NCBI GenBank assembly: GCA_036172245.1 | Contig: JAYWIR010000048.1 | Span: forward strand, 124,001-188,000 | DNA: 64,000 nt | Direction: 5' to 3' | From: Raillietiella orientalis | Lineage: Eukaryota | Part shown: positions 43,901-57,336 of the stretch, one piece after another | Numbering within the stretch: position 1 is the stretch's first letter | Layout of the letters: each line of letters opens with the position of its first letter | Notes under the pieces: model-generated | The model's input: the letters and a program-made list of their open reading frames with translations, nothing else | Told to the model about the DNA's origin: nothing | The model's database searches: none | Translations under genes and position numbers: made by a program

Positions 43901-46900
43901 CGGTCACTTTTCCATGCTCTTCCGCCGGCCGTGTTGATGACTGTGAAGTGTTGGGTGTTCAGAGTTCTGCAGCCAATTTTGATTTTTTTTTTTTTTTCTT
44001 TCTCCTTTGGTGGGAATTCGTCCCAATAACGTCAAACCGGGATGCGCCGCCTTGTCTTTGCTTTCTCAAAGGAAAACGATCCAAGTCATGGAACGTTCAA
44101 GTTCAAAAAAGACTTGAGAACCATTTTCACTTGATCTGATCTTGTGGTGGCTCTCGAGAAAGTTACGAAGCGGGAATTTCGTTTGTAACTTAAGTAATGT
44201 AATAATCGTTTCAGGGTATTCTTTAAAATCATGTGTCACAGACTTTTTGAGTCGAGTTCCAAATCAGATCGACAATTGCGGTATCACATGTGATGTATCA
44301 CCCGTTTTTGTTTGTGGCTGTAGTACACCATCCGGGCATCCGGGTGTTTCTCCTTCATTGAATAACTCCTAGCAACATCAAGCTAGTTCAACGCATTCTT
44401 ACCAAACGTTGTGCTTGTTTTTTCAGAGCATACCCTTTCGCATGTTCTTCTTTTAAATCTGTTCTTCTTTGGATGATCTGCTGAGCATCCGTGTGCGCCC
44501 TGGACCATCTTTCATTTTATTTCTTTGAATTAATGCCTGTGTTATATACTACACTAGAACACTCTCTTGTATTACCTGTTCCTCATCATATGATGCTGAT
44601 TGCATTCCGCGGTTGAATCATAGCTGAAGCTTTCGATTTACCATTCCGCCGAAAATGCTTGCTCGTTTGCATGCTCTTCTAATGGAATTCGTAGAGGAGG
44701 GAAGACCGAAATCAAGCTGAAATGTGGTTTTCCGAATTATTGCTTTTTCGGACATTGGATGCATTTTTTTTTTTAAATCTTTTGTAACGTGATGAGTCGA
44801 ACTCTGTTTGAATCATTCCGGCTTCGTTTTTCTTCATTTGTTTATTGCGTGCGCGTACCTGCGAGAGCAGTGATGGCAGTCCTACCAAACGCTCGTACCG
44901 TAAAATGGTGGTAGTTGAACTCTGCCAGTAAGCAGTTGTACAGAGAGTACGACTTTAGTTATCCAGAGACTGAATGCATAAATTGGGGTTTGATTTTATC
45001 TTTTCCCTTGCTGTGCGTTTCTTCTTCTTACCATTGCTTCCATTCCTCATTTTCTTGAGGGAAAATGGGGGCAAACGTGTTTTTATTTTCTGCGATGGTC
45101 AGTGTTCCAACCGAAACAGTCGTTTTTAATGATAACTGCTTGAATGCTTGCTGAGTAAAGTGTTGCATTCATGAATAATGTTTTATGTTCAGATCGAAAA
45201 TCGAATGCCCTTGTTTTTTTTTTTGTGTGTGTGTGTGTGGTTTTTTTTTTTTTTTTTCATACCGTAGATGTGTATTTCATACCGTTTAGTGCATTATATT
45301 TGTTCCTTGAATTTTCAAGTAATTAGGGCAAAAAAAAAATTTTTCTTTTAAAACCTCTTGGTTTCTGGTGCAAGGTTCGGTTCGTATTGAATCAGAATTT
45401 TTTTTTTTTTTTTTTAAATAAATAAATAAAAGGCCACCATTTCATATGGCTGTTGGGGTTGTTAATTGCCGTAAGCGGAGCACTGAATTCTCGACATGGA
45501 AAAAATCCCAAGCTCGTACATGGGCCTTTCGTGCATGTTTTTCCTCTGGTAAAGCGATTTGAAATGTATTACGTACTATTTCGAAATTTATTATTTTGAA
45601 AATTTTACAAGGAGTTAGTCGTTTACTGTAAGGGATTCGCGCTTGCTTTATTCCACGAGGTTTGCTTGGAATGGTGCTTTGGATTTCGTGGTTTTGCGAA
45701 AGTCTACCGCGAGCCATCTCTGCAGCCGATCTCATCGAAAATGTCCATTTTCCTTGGCTGCAGAAATGGCTCCGTTTGGTGGAGCATCGGAAAATCGAGG
45801 CGCACATCCAGCATCCACATCTGGGAAACGGAAGTGGCACATCGCAAGGGAGCCACCAAAGTCCGGCTTCCGTGTGTCTTCCTCCTGAGGGAAGTGTCCG
45901 TATGTACGCGAGGGTGCTGCAACATGTGGCAGTTTGCGCAGCGTCACCTCTGGCTGTACTCTTCCCCCACATTTGCGGTGCCCACAACTTCCGAGTGTTG
46001 TGTTTAATGTTCGCAGGGATAATTCCGACGTCTGTCATCATTACCGTGCATCAGTCTTGCTTGATTCCACTCCAGTTGCCGTAGTAGCGGTTCCAAATGT
46101 GCAGCATGGCACATCGCTCGGAAAGGTCTCTTCCGTTGTCACATTTTATCAGTTAACGTTTGTGTGCAACAGCGATGCTGAGGTATTATGAGGAATACGT
46201 CCGATACCTGATCGACACGTGTGAGTATATGTGTGTTCCTTTTCGAAGACTTGCACGGTTTTCCCGTGCTTTTTTGAAAACGTGTTGGCAGCCTTTTGGG
46301 CAGCCCCGCCGTGTTTTTTTTTTTTTTTTTTTCGAAAGTCAGGTCAGCTTTATGTCTGTGGGTGCGTGTTCACGTTTTCGTAACCTTTGCTTCGGGATGC
46401 TGGAAATTTCGAAATCAGCAGTGGGGTTTCCCCGTGTTTGGGGACGTCGAATTTTCGTGGGAACACGAAAATTCGGACATCGGGCGACATTCTCGAATCG
46501 AATTTGCATCGCTGGTAACGGGTGCTTTAGCATAAGGGACTTTTATTTTGTTTTCAAGTCGACTTCGGTTTTACGGACATCCAAGTCCACTTGCAAAAAA
46601 CCATGAGCATCATTTCGTTATCACTTGAGTGCATGCCTTGTGATTCTTTTTTTATCCTTTGCCCATTACGTCATTTGTTTTCTCCCGTCGCAGTTTTCTT
46701 TTCCTCTTTTTTTGCCGATTTGTTCGGTGCTGCAAATTTTTCTCCTTCTCTTAATCCGTTGCTTTACTCAACCTTAGCCACAGGGTGATTTCACGGTCCC
46801 CATCGCTCTGCTGCTACCTTATGCATCGAGCAAAAAGCCTTAGAAGACTTTTGTGCAAATGTCCACAAATTCAGTCCTCCATGTGTGTCTGTCGTGTTGT

Positions 46901-49183
46901 TCTTTTTTTTTTCCTCTTCAACTGATAAACCCATCAGTTGTCGGGATTTGAGCCACATTTCTGTTCATCTTGTGCGAAGTTTATCTGTTTTTACATTGGA
47001 TGTGTGGGTGTGTTCGATCCATCGTTGGCCACTCATGTCTTGTTCCAAAAGTGCTTTGTGGTTTTTTTTTTTTTTTTTTTCCTTTTTTGTTTGAATTTAT
47101 TTGAATGGAATTCCATGGATGAGACACTGACGGAAATGGTTGTTCCAACATCCAAAGGCTTAACGCGTGCAGCGTAGCGATTCCGCCGCGTCTCCATTCC
47201 GTTTTTTGGGTTTTCCATCGCCGCCATCGACTCTTTCCGAATGGGATACGATTTATTGTGTTGGGCGTTCGCTGCGATTAACCGCACATTTCTGTCCAAT
47301 CCTCGTCAATTGAACGATTTATCAAGGATCTAAGGACATGTTGAATTTTTTGTTGCTTCCAGACTGCGAATGGAAGCGTACCATTCTCATTTCATCCTGT
47401 CAGTTCGTTCCTTCTTATTGTATTTCATGTTGATTTTGTCTGTTACCTCGGATTTAGTTCTGCTTGACCTGTGTGACCTTAGAGATACCGATTGTCGCAC
47501 CCTTTTGTGAGCCGCACACACAGTTGCGTGAATCCTTAAAGGTGCTATCCAGGTGCATTCCTGTTATGATCGCTCCGATTTTATTTCGTGAATTGTCTCT
47601 CCGGACCAATTGTGTGCCTACTTTCGACCGTTACCCAGGGTGGAAAGTGATTTTGTGAAATTTTCGGGAAGCAGGTGAAGGATTTTGTCATTGACGTGCC
47701 GCTCCTACGTAATTTGGCTTTCTCAAGGACGTTTTGGAAACCTTATTCGAACTTTCGCCTTTTATCGGGATATTTATTTTGCACAGTAATAATCGCGATG
47801 GGTGGAATAGGTCGCAGGCCAGTGACACTCAGCTTTGCGTCGGCGTTAAAAAAAAAAAAAAAAAAAAAACGCAAACAGTTTTTTGGACCTTGACGAGAAC
47901 GCATCTTTCTGTGCGTACGCTCGTGCTTATTCTTTTCATTTTTTTGGTTGCATTCCCTTGACGACTTTTCGTGGTCTCCATGGAGTGTCATAAGCTCACA
48001 GCTTCCATCCTGGTGTGATACCCATCATCATTTTCATCAATTTTTTTTTTTTTTTTTTTAAAAAAAACTGTACCCGTTTCTCTCTCACTCGTCTTCTTCC
48101 AACTATAACAGGTTTGCCGATTTACTTGCTGATTCGTGTACATTTTGAAATTTCTCAACTGTTTCCAGTCTTTGTACGCATTTTCCGATGATCCAAGCGT
48201 TGTTTTCCGCTAAGGACATTCTCTCCCTCTCTCTCTCTCTCCTTGTTCTTCTTCTTGCTTTTCTTTTTTTCTTCTTCTTCTTCTTCAGTGGGAAGCACAC
48301 ACTCGTGAAATCCGTACTGCCACATTGCATTTTATGATTCGAATCAAACGCGTTCGGCGTTTCCTCCCTGCAAGTCGGGCGCGCGTTCCGTTAACGTTCT
48401 TGACGTGTCGAGCTGGGACTCTTTCAGGTTCCCCATTCAGGTTGGGTCACACATTGTTGCATCCCCCACTTTTGGGAAAAGCAGAGTAGGGAATATTTAT
48501 TGCTCCCACGTGACGAGTCCCTTTCCTGGAACTTTACAGTACTGCTATTGTGTTCGACTTAAGAAATGCAATGTTCATTACGGCGCTTCTTTGTGAGCCT
48601 CAGCAGTTTCAGCAGTTGTCCAAAACGCAGAAGGCTCCGAGCATTCCGAGCTTCGCGTTTCCATGGGGAGTTCATTTCGTCTTCCGTGCGCATCGCTCCC
48701 ATTTGCATGTATAGAAGCGAATCTGCGATTCGCTTTTCTGACCGATTTCGCACTTTTGCCCCAAGAAAGGCTTCGAGGTTATTTGCATCCCGGTGGAAAC
48801 GTCGAGTCTAAACACTCTTTGCATTCGCATGGAAGGTGCCTTTCTTCGGTAATTGTTGATGATGATTGCTTGCTGATGGGATTGAGCCTTTGGTCCCCCG
48901 GGAAGCCTTTCGCCTAGAAATGACGCCAGGGATCGTTGACTGACTTGGTCAAAACAGCTGAAGGGGGGCATGTGTGAGAGTTGTGTGACTAATCGCAGCT
49001 TACCATTTATTCTGTTCGTACATTATCGTTATTTATTTCCATGCGTCCCGGTGCAGAGTTTTTTTTTTTTTAGCTTCTCAGAAGGAATTCATGATTTTTA
49101 ATAAGAATTTCATTTTGAATGAATTGTAAATGTGATGAGTTTTTTGCATCAGTAACTAACTTCTATTTTGTACTTACGTGTAG

Positions 49184-52100
49184 ATCTCACGGCGGAAGAA
49201 CAGGACCTCTTACTAAAAATCCGGCACAAAAAAGCCAAGCTGATCCAGGAAATCCAGGTGTTGCTTATTACATTCTTTTGCATCTCATGTCGTTCGTCCC
49301 CCTTGCTTGTACGATTTTCATGCTATCCACACGTGGAATTACTAACAGTAACTATCTTCAAACTTACGTGGCTTACGAAATCTTAGAGAAGTAGTTCCCT
49401 CTTTTCTGCCCGGTCACTTTACATAGTGTTGGCGCTTTTGCTGCGGACCCCTTTGCCCTGTGACTACACGGCACTTCCTCCTCCTTTTGATCCTTCCTCC
49501 GCCTACGCAGCCATCGCGAAACGAATTCCTGCTTAAAACTTGACAGATTCTCCTGGAATTCCGTTTTTGCCTTTTTCGGATCGGCCCAATTAAGTTTCAC
49601 GTGTTTTCACGGTAGGTTCTCGTAATTTTCCTTCACCACTCCCGCCGTTCTCCTTTATGTTGTTTCTCCGTAGTGATAATATTCCTGAAGACTACTTGGG
49701 CGTGAGCTTTTTTTCTTTCTTTCCTTTTTTTTTTTTCAAGATATGTGCAGTGCTCCAGGGAAGCTGGAGGTTCATTAAAAAAAAGAAAAACAAAAAAAAG
49801 TCATGCGAACCGTATCAGTGCAGTATTTCCATTGATAAGTGTCATGGTTTGTCGAATTGAATTTTTTTCAAAAAGTCTCTCCTTTGGAGGGTCTGAAAAA
49901 AAATGAAATAAAAATAAAAAGTATTCAGATTCTTTCAAAACAGAGAGTCGACATCAGACGATCAAATGAATCTGTGCCTTGTGTGGCGTTTCGCTGTTTT
50001 TGCATTCCTTCTCTTTCACACTAATCTTTCCTTCTCTCTACCAGCCCTTTAACTAATTCCCTATTATGAGCGACTGTCTGCATAACAAAGTTTTGTTTCC
50101 AGTTGTGTGCTTCGAATACTTTGCTGAACGTTGTCGTAGAAGGTGGATTATTCGAGATGTTTGAGACTTTATTAGAGAGGTAGAGAGGCTCGAATTTTGG
50201 GCGCCGAATCTTTGAATATTGCAGGCTTTGCTTGAATCATGTCGTGATTCAGGTTGGAACACGAGTGTAGGTTCGAAACTTGAGTTTGGGAGATCTTTGG
50301 TTCCGATCTGTGCCGCTCTGCAGAAAACATTCACAGTATTTTTACTTCCGTTCTACGATTATGTGTCATTGTAACACGAACGTGTGCTGCCTGCACACGT
50401 TCGTGTGTGTTAGAAACGCGTGAGATACCTGAGAGTCAGATTCCAAGTTTCTGTGTAACTTCATCTCGAGAGAGAGAAGCTTGTAAAGATGCTTGCACTC
50501 TCCCCACAGTAGTTGTAATTATCCCTCAGAACGGTGTTCTCATTCCCCCCCTCGCCTCTCCCTTTTCTTTTTTTTGTAAAAAATAAGCATCTTGCTACGG
50601 CCGAATGTCAGCTGAACGTATTAAAACTTCTTCAAATACACAAAACGGAAAATTGTGGCATCAAATAGAAAGAAAGGCACTGCCAATGGTGATGTTACTT
50701 CCCTGTGAAACGTTCCCATTCTCTCCAAATCCGCAACTGCAGGCCCTCAGAATTTCACAGGTTTCGTAGATGAAAATCTAAAGGGAACGCGTGCTGTGGC
50801 TTATCTTCTGAGATTACGAAGATTGGACTTTGTATTGCGCTGCCCCAAAAGAACCTTTTCAAGTCTACTGAATGGGGGTGGGGTGGGGGGAACTTTTTCA
50901 TAGCATGTTTTTATGATATCTTTTGGAATTGATTTATGTGTGTGTGTGTGTGTGTGTGTTTTTCCTTTAAATGGAACTGTAAAGAAGTTACACCAAAAAG
51001 TATGCATGCTTGCCGATTTGCATGCTTGTCGATTCTCAACTCGCGTTTTCACAGAGTCGAATGTAGCGAGATGCGGAGGCTGAAGATACGGAAGCGTTCG
51101 GAAACCTTAGGGACGCGAGCGCGGTGTCTCCAAACGTTGCACTCGACGTGTTCGTTTTCAGTAGGTGCAGCGTCTGTTTCGTGTCTTTGCCTCCTGCACC
51201 ACCACACTGTGTAGCTGTGGGATTCTGCGAATCGCAGTGAATTTGATTTGCACGGTGCTTTTCGGCATGAAACGTTTCACTCCTTCCAATCGAATTGCTT
51301 CCATGTCTTTTGAACGTAAGTTGGAAGGAAAACCGAAAGCTGCTGATTTGGCGATGCGTTTTGTTTCAGTTGTTCAAATTACAAATCAATCATTTGTAGG
51401 TTAGTCCTTGGATGCGAAAGCTACAGCACAAAATAAGCCATGGGTTGAGCCTCCGGGGCTTTTGAAAGACGGAAGGGTTGAATGCTTGTTTCTTGTTTGG
51501 CAAACTGTCAGCATGATGGAATCATTGAATAATAATCATAATAATACTCAGTTGAGTATAGCGGGGGGCATTCTCTCACCTTGTGTTTTGCTTTCGCTTG
51601 CTGTTGTTGCAACAAATGGAGCCCAACTGCAAGCTTGAAAAAAGGAGCCAAAAAAACAAAAAAAGTGCAAGTCGGTCGAGCCATTCAGCTCCGTGTTGTT
51701 TTTACTCGGCCAGTGTCATTCACGGCTTCTTCCCTTGATGTCGTCGTCTCGGGGTTTCGATTGGGGCAGCAGAATTCCAAAATGGAATTCCCGGACTTAA
51801 TTCAAACGATAATTCTATGCGCGAATTCGGCCAGCGGCAGATGCATTTCGTGCTTAAAGGATATTCTGTTCGTCTTGGGGGTTTTAACAGTTTTCGTTGA
51901 ACAGACCCTTCAGATTCTTAAATCGCGGTCAGACGAACGACTTCATAGGACACAGGTCGCTCAGAAGTTCCCGAAAATGGGAGCGTTTCGATAATGGGAA
52001 AATCCAGGAAAAAAGAGAAACCTTTCATTTGGAACTCTGCGCGATTTCGTTTAATGAAAATTACGTTTTCATGCCGGATAGAAGTAAAGGCACTGAAAGT

Positions 52101-55100
52101 ATACTCCAGACTTCGGTTTCCTATGTCTCTCACTAAAGAAAAACTGAACAGTAAAGTTCCTTTGCCAAGTTCTCAAGAGAGCAAAGCTTTTTGCTTAAAA
52201 TGCTCTGTCGTTTTAGAAATCTCTGATATCTGAGCGACTTATGAAAATGTGAGCTTTACGAACTTTCAGCTATGCAAAGTAGAAGTCTCACACTTTGACA
52301 CGTAAACGTATGAAAATGGGAAACACCACGAGGACGGGAATATTGCGTTGCATCAGTGACCTGAACGAGATTCAACTCTGCGAGTTCCAAGGAACAGTTG
52401 CGGAGGAGAGGATATGTGGTGTCGAATTCGAGCCTTTCAAAGAGAAAAGTGTTGCATAAAGTTATGTATCCTGGATGTATAGTAGGCGTCCCTTGCGAAT
52501 GTAAAAGGGTTAAACGATGGGAGAGCTACAAGGGAAAACTGAAACCAAAGATGAACTGCTTACTCCTTTCGGACCAGCAACGACGCCAGACTAGTGTCTT
52601 GGCGGCACCTTGCGCTTTTGAACCGAGGCGAAGACCGGCACCAGAAGCAGCCAGCAGCGCACCACAGCGCTGCTCGCCGTGTTTCCAGGAAGAACCATGA
52701 AATGATGCGTGCTCGTCAGCATTCTGCTTGCAAAAGCCACCTCTTTCAAATACAATACGTGAATAATCCCTGAAGTTGAAATGATTTCGTATTCGAAAAT
52801 TTTTCTGCGCTGGATCGTGTGTGGCAAACTGGTACGGAAGCGGGAGGAGTCTTGAAATGCAACCACCGAGAATCTTCAGTGGGATTTTTTTCCTCTCGGA
52901 AAAAGGTTTGCCTAGGTTGCACTGTGAGATGGGATTATCCTTCAGGCATTTCAGGATCGTGCTGCGTGTTTCAAGCAGGAGGACAGTTCTGTGGAAGATG
53001 ATGGCTTTCCTCCTAGGAGTCGTACATGAGGCTGAGAATCGAAACATTTTTAAGACGTTGTGTGTGTGTGTCCTTTCGACCATCGGGAAGAATTGGTCTT
53101 TTCAGTCCGTCCATTCTCCCTTTCAATCTCTGGCATATAATTTACAAATCCTTTTTGGGCAATTCGTTAGGAACTCGGAAGTTTCGCTGTAAAGAGGAGT
53201 GTCGCAAAGTTCTTCGTGTTTCCTGTAAATTCTCGGTGAGGACTGCGCCATTTGCTTGGCGAATGTATGTCTGTTGATGATGCCTGCGCGTAGAAGGAGA
53301 AAAACTCTCCAGTTGAGAAGGGAGGAAAAAGAATTGAAAATGCGGACACGCTTCGCATTCCATGGAGTATGCAGCGTGCCTTTGTATAATCAGGAATTTG
53401 CATTTATCTTGTTAGGTGAAAGGTTTTGGCTGGTGCCGCGCCACCTTACAAATTCCATGCACATTTGCTTCATTTATAGTAGGCAATTTTTCCCACCCGC
53501 TGAAAAGCTAGGTGTAGGTGAATCATAGGTTGCGAAGACATCCTTTGCGATCGCAACTACTCCTGATCAATGAAGAAATAGTGAGTGACTTTTTTTTTTT
53601 TTTTTTTTTTCTTCGCTGCAGCTTTCCATCAGCAAGGTCTGTTCACGATTGCTCGTATGTCAGTTCTTCCAAATGTTTGCCATTTAAAATTGAGATCATA
53701 ACCACGGAGCAGTTGTTTTTAACACTGGCAGTGGCCGTGGTGGTAGATGGTGTGACGCCAAATGCACAAAAAGTAAATAACAAGGCGTGTCTGGATGAAT
53801 CGGCGCTTGTTCTTCAGCTAAGCGGATAGTGTGTACGTGCAGTAGGAGTAGTGATAGACGACGAAACATAATACGGTAAACGCCTCCTTTTTCGGCGCGC
53901 TTTGTTTTCTTGGGAAATGGTCGCATTGGCAGTCGAGACTTTGCCTCTAGGTCAGCCGTACTCGACCTTTCTTCCTCTCGGGCCAAATGACCCAGGTGCG
54001 CGACAGTAGGCGCGGGTCAACGCCACTGACACACTGCTGTTGCGATGAAGGTGAACCTTTCGCGTCTCATCAAAGACCCTTGAGGTCATCAAATGACGAA
54101 CAGCGTTGTATTACTTTTTCCCCGGTATGACCTCTGTCAGGCAAATATTGTGGCGAGTTCCGGGCGCGCAGGCAGTGTACTCTTCTTTCCGCGTACCAAC
54201 CCTTGAAAGTACGAGAGGCGAGACTGTACGCAACAACGTTGTCGTCGCACGGAGTCACGAAACAAACAAACGACAACCCGCGAGAGGCGCTGCGCGCGCA
54301 GGTGCTCGCGATGTGCCCTTTATCAAAAAACTGCTGCCCGACTATGAGGAGCTTAAGCAAAGTGCTTGATGGCTGCGGATGACACGGGCCGCACATACAT
54401 GCGCTTGGCGGACCTCCATGCGGCCCGCGGGCCCGTAGGTTGAGTATCGCTGACCTAGGTCGTCGTCGATATTTCCAGTTTACCGTACATTGCATTGGCG
54501 CGTGTAGGTAATGCACGCAGATTGCGCTGCTGTTCGCAGCACCCAATAAAGATTCTTTTAAAAAGAGCTCAGAAAGATTGCCAGCACGAGCTGATGTTAG
54601 CAAAATTCTCGACTGATGTCCACGGTGGCAGTTGTGGTCTAAAGCGGCTCGCTGCGCAGGTCCCATAGGTGGTGCCGAATAGCGGACGGCTTTTACTATG
54701 TACACTTTTTGATAATTGGACTTGACAGCGGGAATTTTTTCGTAATGCCTTCACTAACCCAGCACTCCCTTAAATCGCTTCTTTGAAATCTTTATAAGTA
54801 CGGGTGATGTTTTTTCTTTTCCCTTTTCCTCCTTTATTGAATGCCGTTGCTTATCCGTAAGTTTTTGTTTGAAATTCAGTATGCCCTTGATATTAGTGAC
54901 GTGATCTGAGCTTATTACCTTTTAATAGTAGCTTCATACTCCATCATTAACGAGCAATCCAGCCATTATATAGCTTTACGGTCCATAACCCGAAATGAGA
55001 TATCACGTTAATTCTTCCAATAGTGTGCGCTTCTAAAGCGACGTTTATAAATACCTCGTTGATGGTTTCTTAATACCATCAGTGCCTCTTGTTTGTATGT

Positions 55101-56872
55101 TCAGTAAACATATCGAACATTTATCTTTATTAGCAAATCAAATATGAAATCGCTGAATTTACATCGAGTATCGAAGATCTTGATGGAGGTGAGAAAAAGT
55201 AAGTACAAGGAGCAACGGATGCAGTGCACATTCATTTTCTTTTTAAAAAGCCTGTTTAAAGCCAAGCAAATGTCCATCGGTCGTAAAAAGTTCAACATGG
55301 ATCCTAAAAAGGGCATTGCATATTTCATTGAAAATGGGATTCTGCGAAATGATCCGGAAGACATTGCCCAGTTTTTGTATAAAGGGGAAGGATTAAATAA
55401 GACAGCCATCGGCGAATATCTAGGGGAAAGACACGAGTTCAACCAGCAAGTATTGCATTCCTTCGTGCAGATCCATAACTTCACGGATTTAATATTAGTT
55501 CAGGCTTTAAGGTAAGCTTCCGAAAGAGTTCGTTGGAAACACCCTGCAGTTCTGTTTCAGGCAGTTTTTGTGGAGTTTTCGCCTTCCAGGAGAAGCGCAG
55601 AAAATAGATAGGATGATGGAAACGTTTGCTCAGAAATATTGCCAAGACAACCCGTCGATATTTGAGAACACAGGTTCGTTCCGAGCATTTGGTTCTGTAT
55701 GAATTGCTCGTTGTCGACCCGTTCGCCCGTGGCCTTCCGTGCGACCTCGTGCGACGCCGCGGGCGTGAATCGAATGCGCTCGAAGTGACCACAGTGCGAG
55801 ATGAGAACTTGGACCGTTCGATCGCACGGCGGAGCGCGTCGGAGACAGAATTCCGTCTCTCCGAGGTTTTTCCCCCTTTTGCCCGGCGATGGGGGGAATA
55901 CGCGAATCGCGCCGGAAGCGCGTCCACTTCCGTGTTCCACACCTTTTGTGTCTTCCGAGTTGCGAACACCGGATCGATGAAAATGGGGATTGCCACCCGG
56001 GTACTCCCGGGGCGAAATGAAAATGGGGGAGGGCGGCGGAAAACGGCACACAACAGGCTGCGTCTTCGTCTCCCACGAGGTGTTCTCTCTGTCGTTTCAG
56101 ATACGTGTTTTGTGCTTTCCTTTGCCATCATCATGCTAAACACTTCTCTCCACAATCCAAGTGTCAAGGAGAAAACGACCGTGGAACAGTTCATCCACAT
56201 GAATCGCGAAATCAACAGTGGCAGCAACTTGCCCCGAGAACTTTTATTGGTTAGTTATAGGGCCACGGGGGCGCATTCGTTACCGCATCCATCCCCTTTA
56301 GAGTCTGTACGAAAGCATTCGGACAGAGCCCTTCAAAATCCCCGAGGATGACGGAAACGATCTCATGCATACTTTTTTCAACCCCGAGCGAGAAGGGTGG
56401 TTGTGGAAGCAAGGTTTGTATGCTGGCTGCGAGTTGGTTTTTCACTTCCTCCCTCCCTCCCTCCCCCACCCACCCCCATCGGACTCCCCCGGATTCCACT
56501 TTAGGCGGACGATATAAAAGTTGGAAGCGGAGATGGTTCATTTTGAACGGAAATTGCCTGTATTACTTCGAGTACACCACAGATAAGGAACCAAGAGGAA
56601 TAATCCCCCTCGAAAACATTCAGGTTCGGGACATATGTGATCGTACGAAGCAGAACTGCTTTGAACTGTACGCAAGCGGAATCGACATTATCAAAGCATG
56701 CAAAACGGACTCCGAGGGCAAAGTGGTTGAAGGGAAGCACACCGTCTATCGGATGTCCGCTTCCACTCCAAGTGAAAAGGATGAATGGATGCGAGCGATC
56801 CGCCAGTCCATCAGTCACAGTCCATTTTACGATGTGTTGACTGCCAGGAGGAAAAAGGCACAGAAGAGATGA
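49184..56872 (+). CDS. CYTH: Cytohesin/GRP1/ARNO Arf-GEF (coiled-coil, Sec7, PH, basic tail); exons 49184-49257, 55134-55198, 55251-55511, 55561-55673, 56101-56249, 56302-56413, 56505-56872; first exon upstream and unresolved
   Basis: [46 protein letters not shown], Sec7 glutamic finger [30 protein letters not shown] domain [31 protein letters not shown]. Splice phases are consistent. Confidence 0.97.
50374..50406. repeat. Perfect 14-bp inverted repeat with a 5-nt loop in a cytohesin intron
   Basis: ACACGAACGTGTGC-tgcct-GCACACGTTCGTGT. Confidence 0.9.
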
Positions 56873-57159
56873 CGCCGCGTTTTTCAGCCGCGTTGAGAAG
56901 TTCATTTTTGCTTGGAGAAAAAATCAAGCCGAGGGCAGAGATTGCACCGATCTTTACAGAAACGTCGACCCGAGTGAGACCCACCGATTCTCCACCAAGG
57001 ATTCTCGGCTTCCCAGCCTCGAGTTCTCGGTCAACGCTTCCGGCCGGCGTCTGAGGTGACCCGCAGCCGAAGGCAAGGATGGAGATTAGCGAATTGACTC
57101 GTTTTAAATTATTATTGATTTGTCAGAAATATATTTTTACAGCATAATGGGATTCAGTT

Positions 57160-57160
<1 letters not shown>

Positions 57161-57207
<47 letters not shown>
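57161..57207 (+). repeat. (TTG)n microsatellite, about 15 units, in the probable cytohesin 3' UTR
   Basis: Read directly from the sequence. Confidence 0.95.
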
Positions 57208-57208
<1 letters not shown>

Positions 57209-57336
57209 TTAAAAAAAAAGGCACTTGTTTTGAATTTTTGTCTCCAAATCACCGTTAAGGCAGCTTAGATTTTTTTTAAACGTGAGTTTGCGATCACTTT
57301 ATTTGCCGTTATGAAGTTTTATTAGTTTCAGGATTT

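Noticed and set aside
45442..46606. Long overlapping ORFs (199, 140, 148 aa); likewise at 52.5-54.7 kb
   Set aside because: Present on both strands in GC-richer intron sequence, Cys/Arg/Phe-rich, no domain; consistent with chance ORFs.
55481..56351. 241-aa and 248-aa ORFs across cytohesin intron 55674-56100
   Set aside because: A GC-rich 427-nt intron lacking stops; retention would shift the frame and splicing restores the canonical Sec7 domain.
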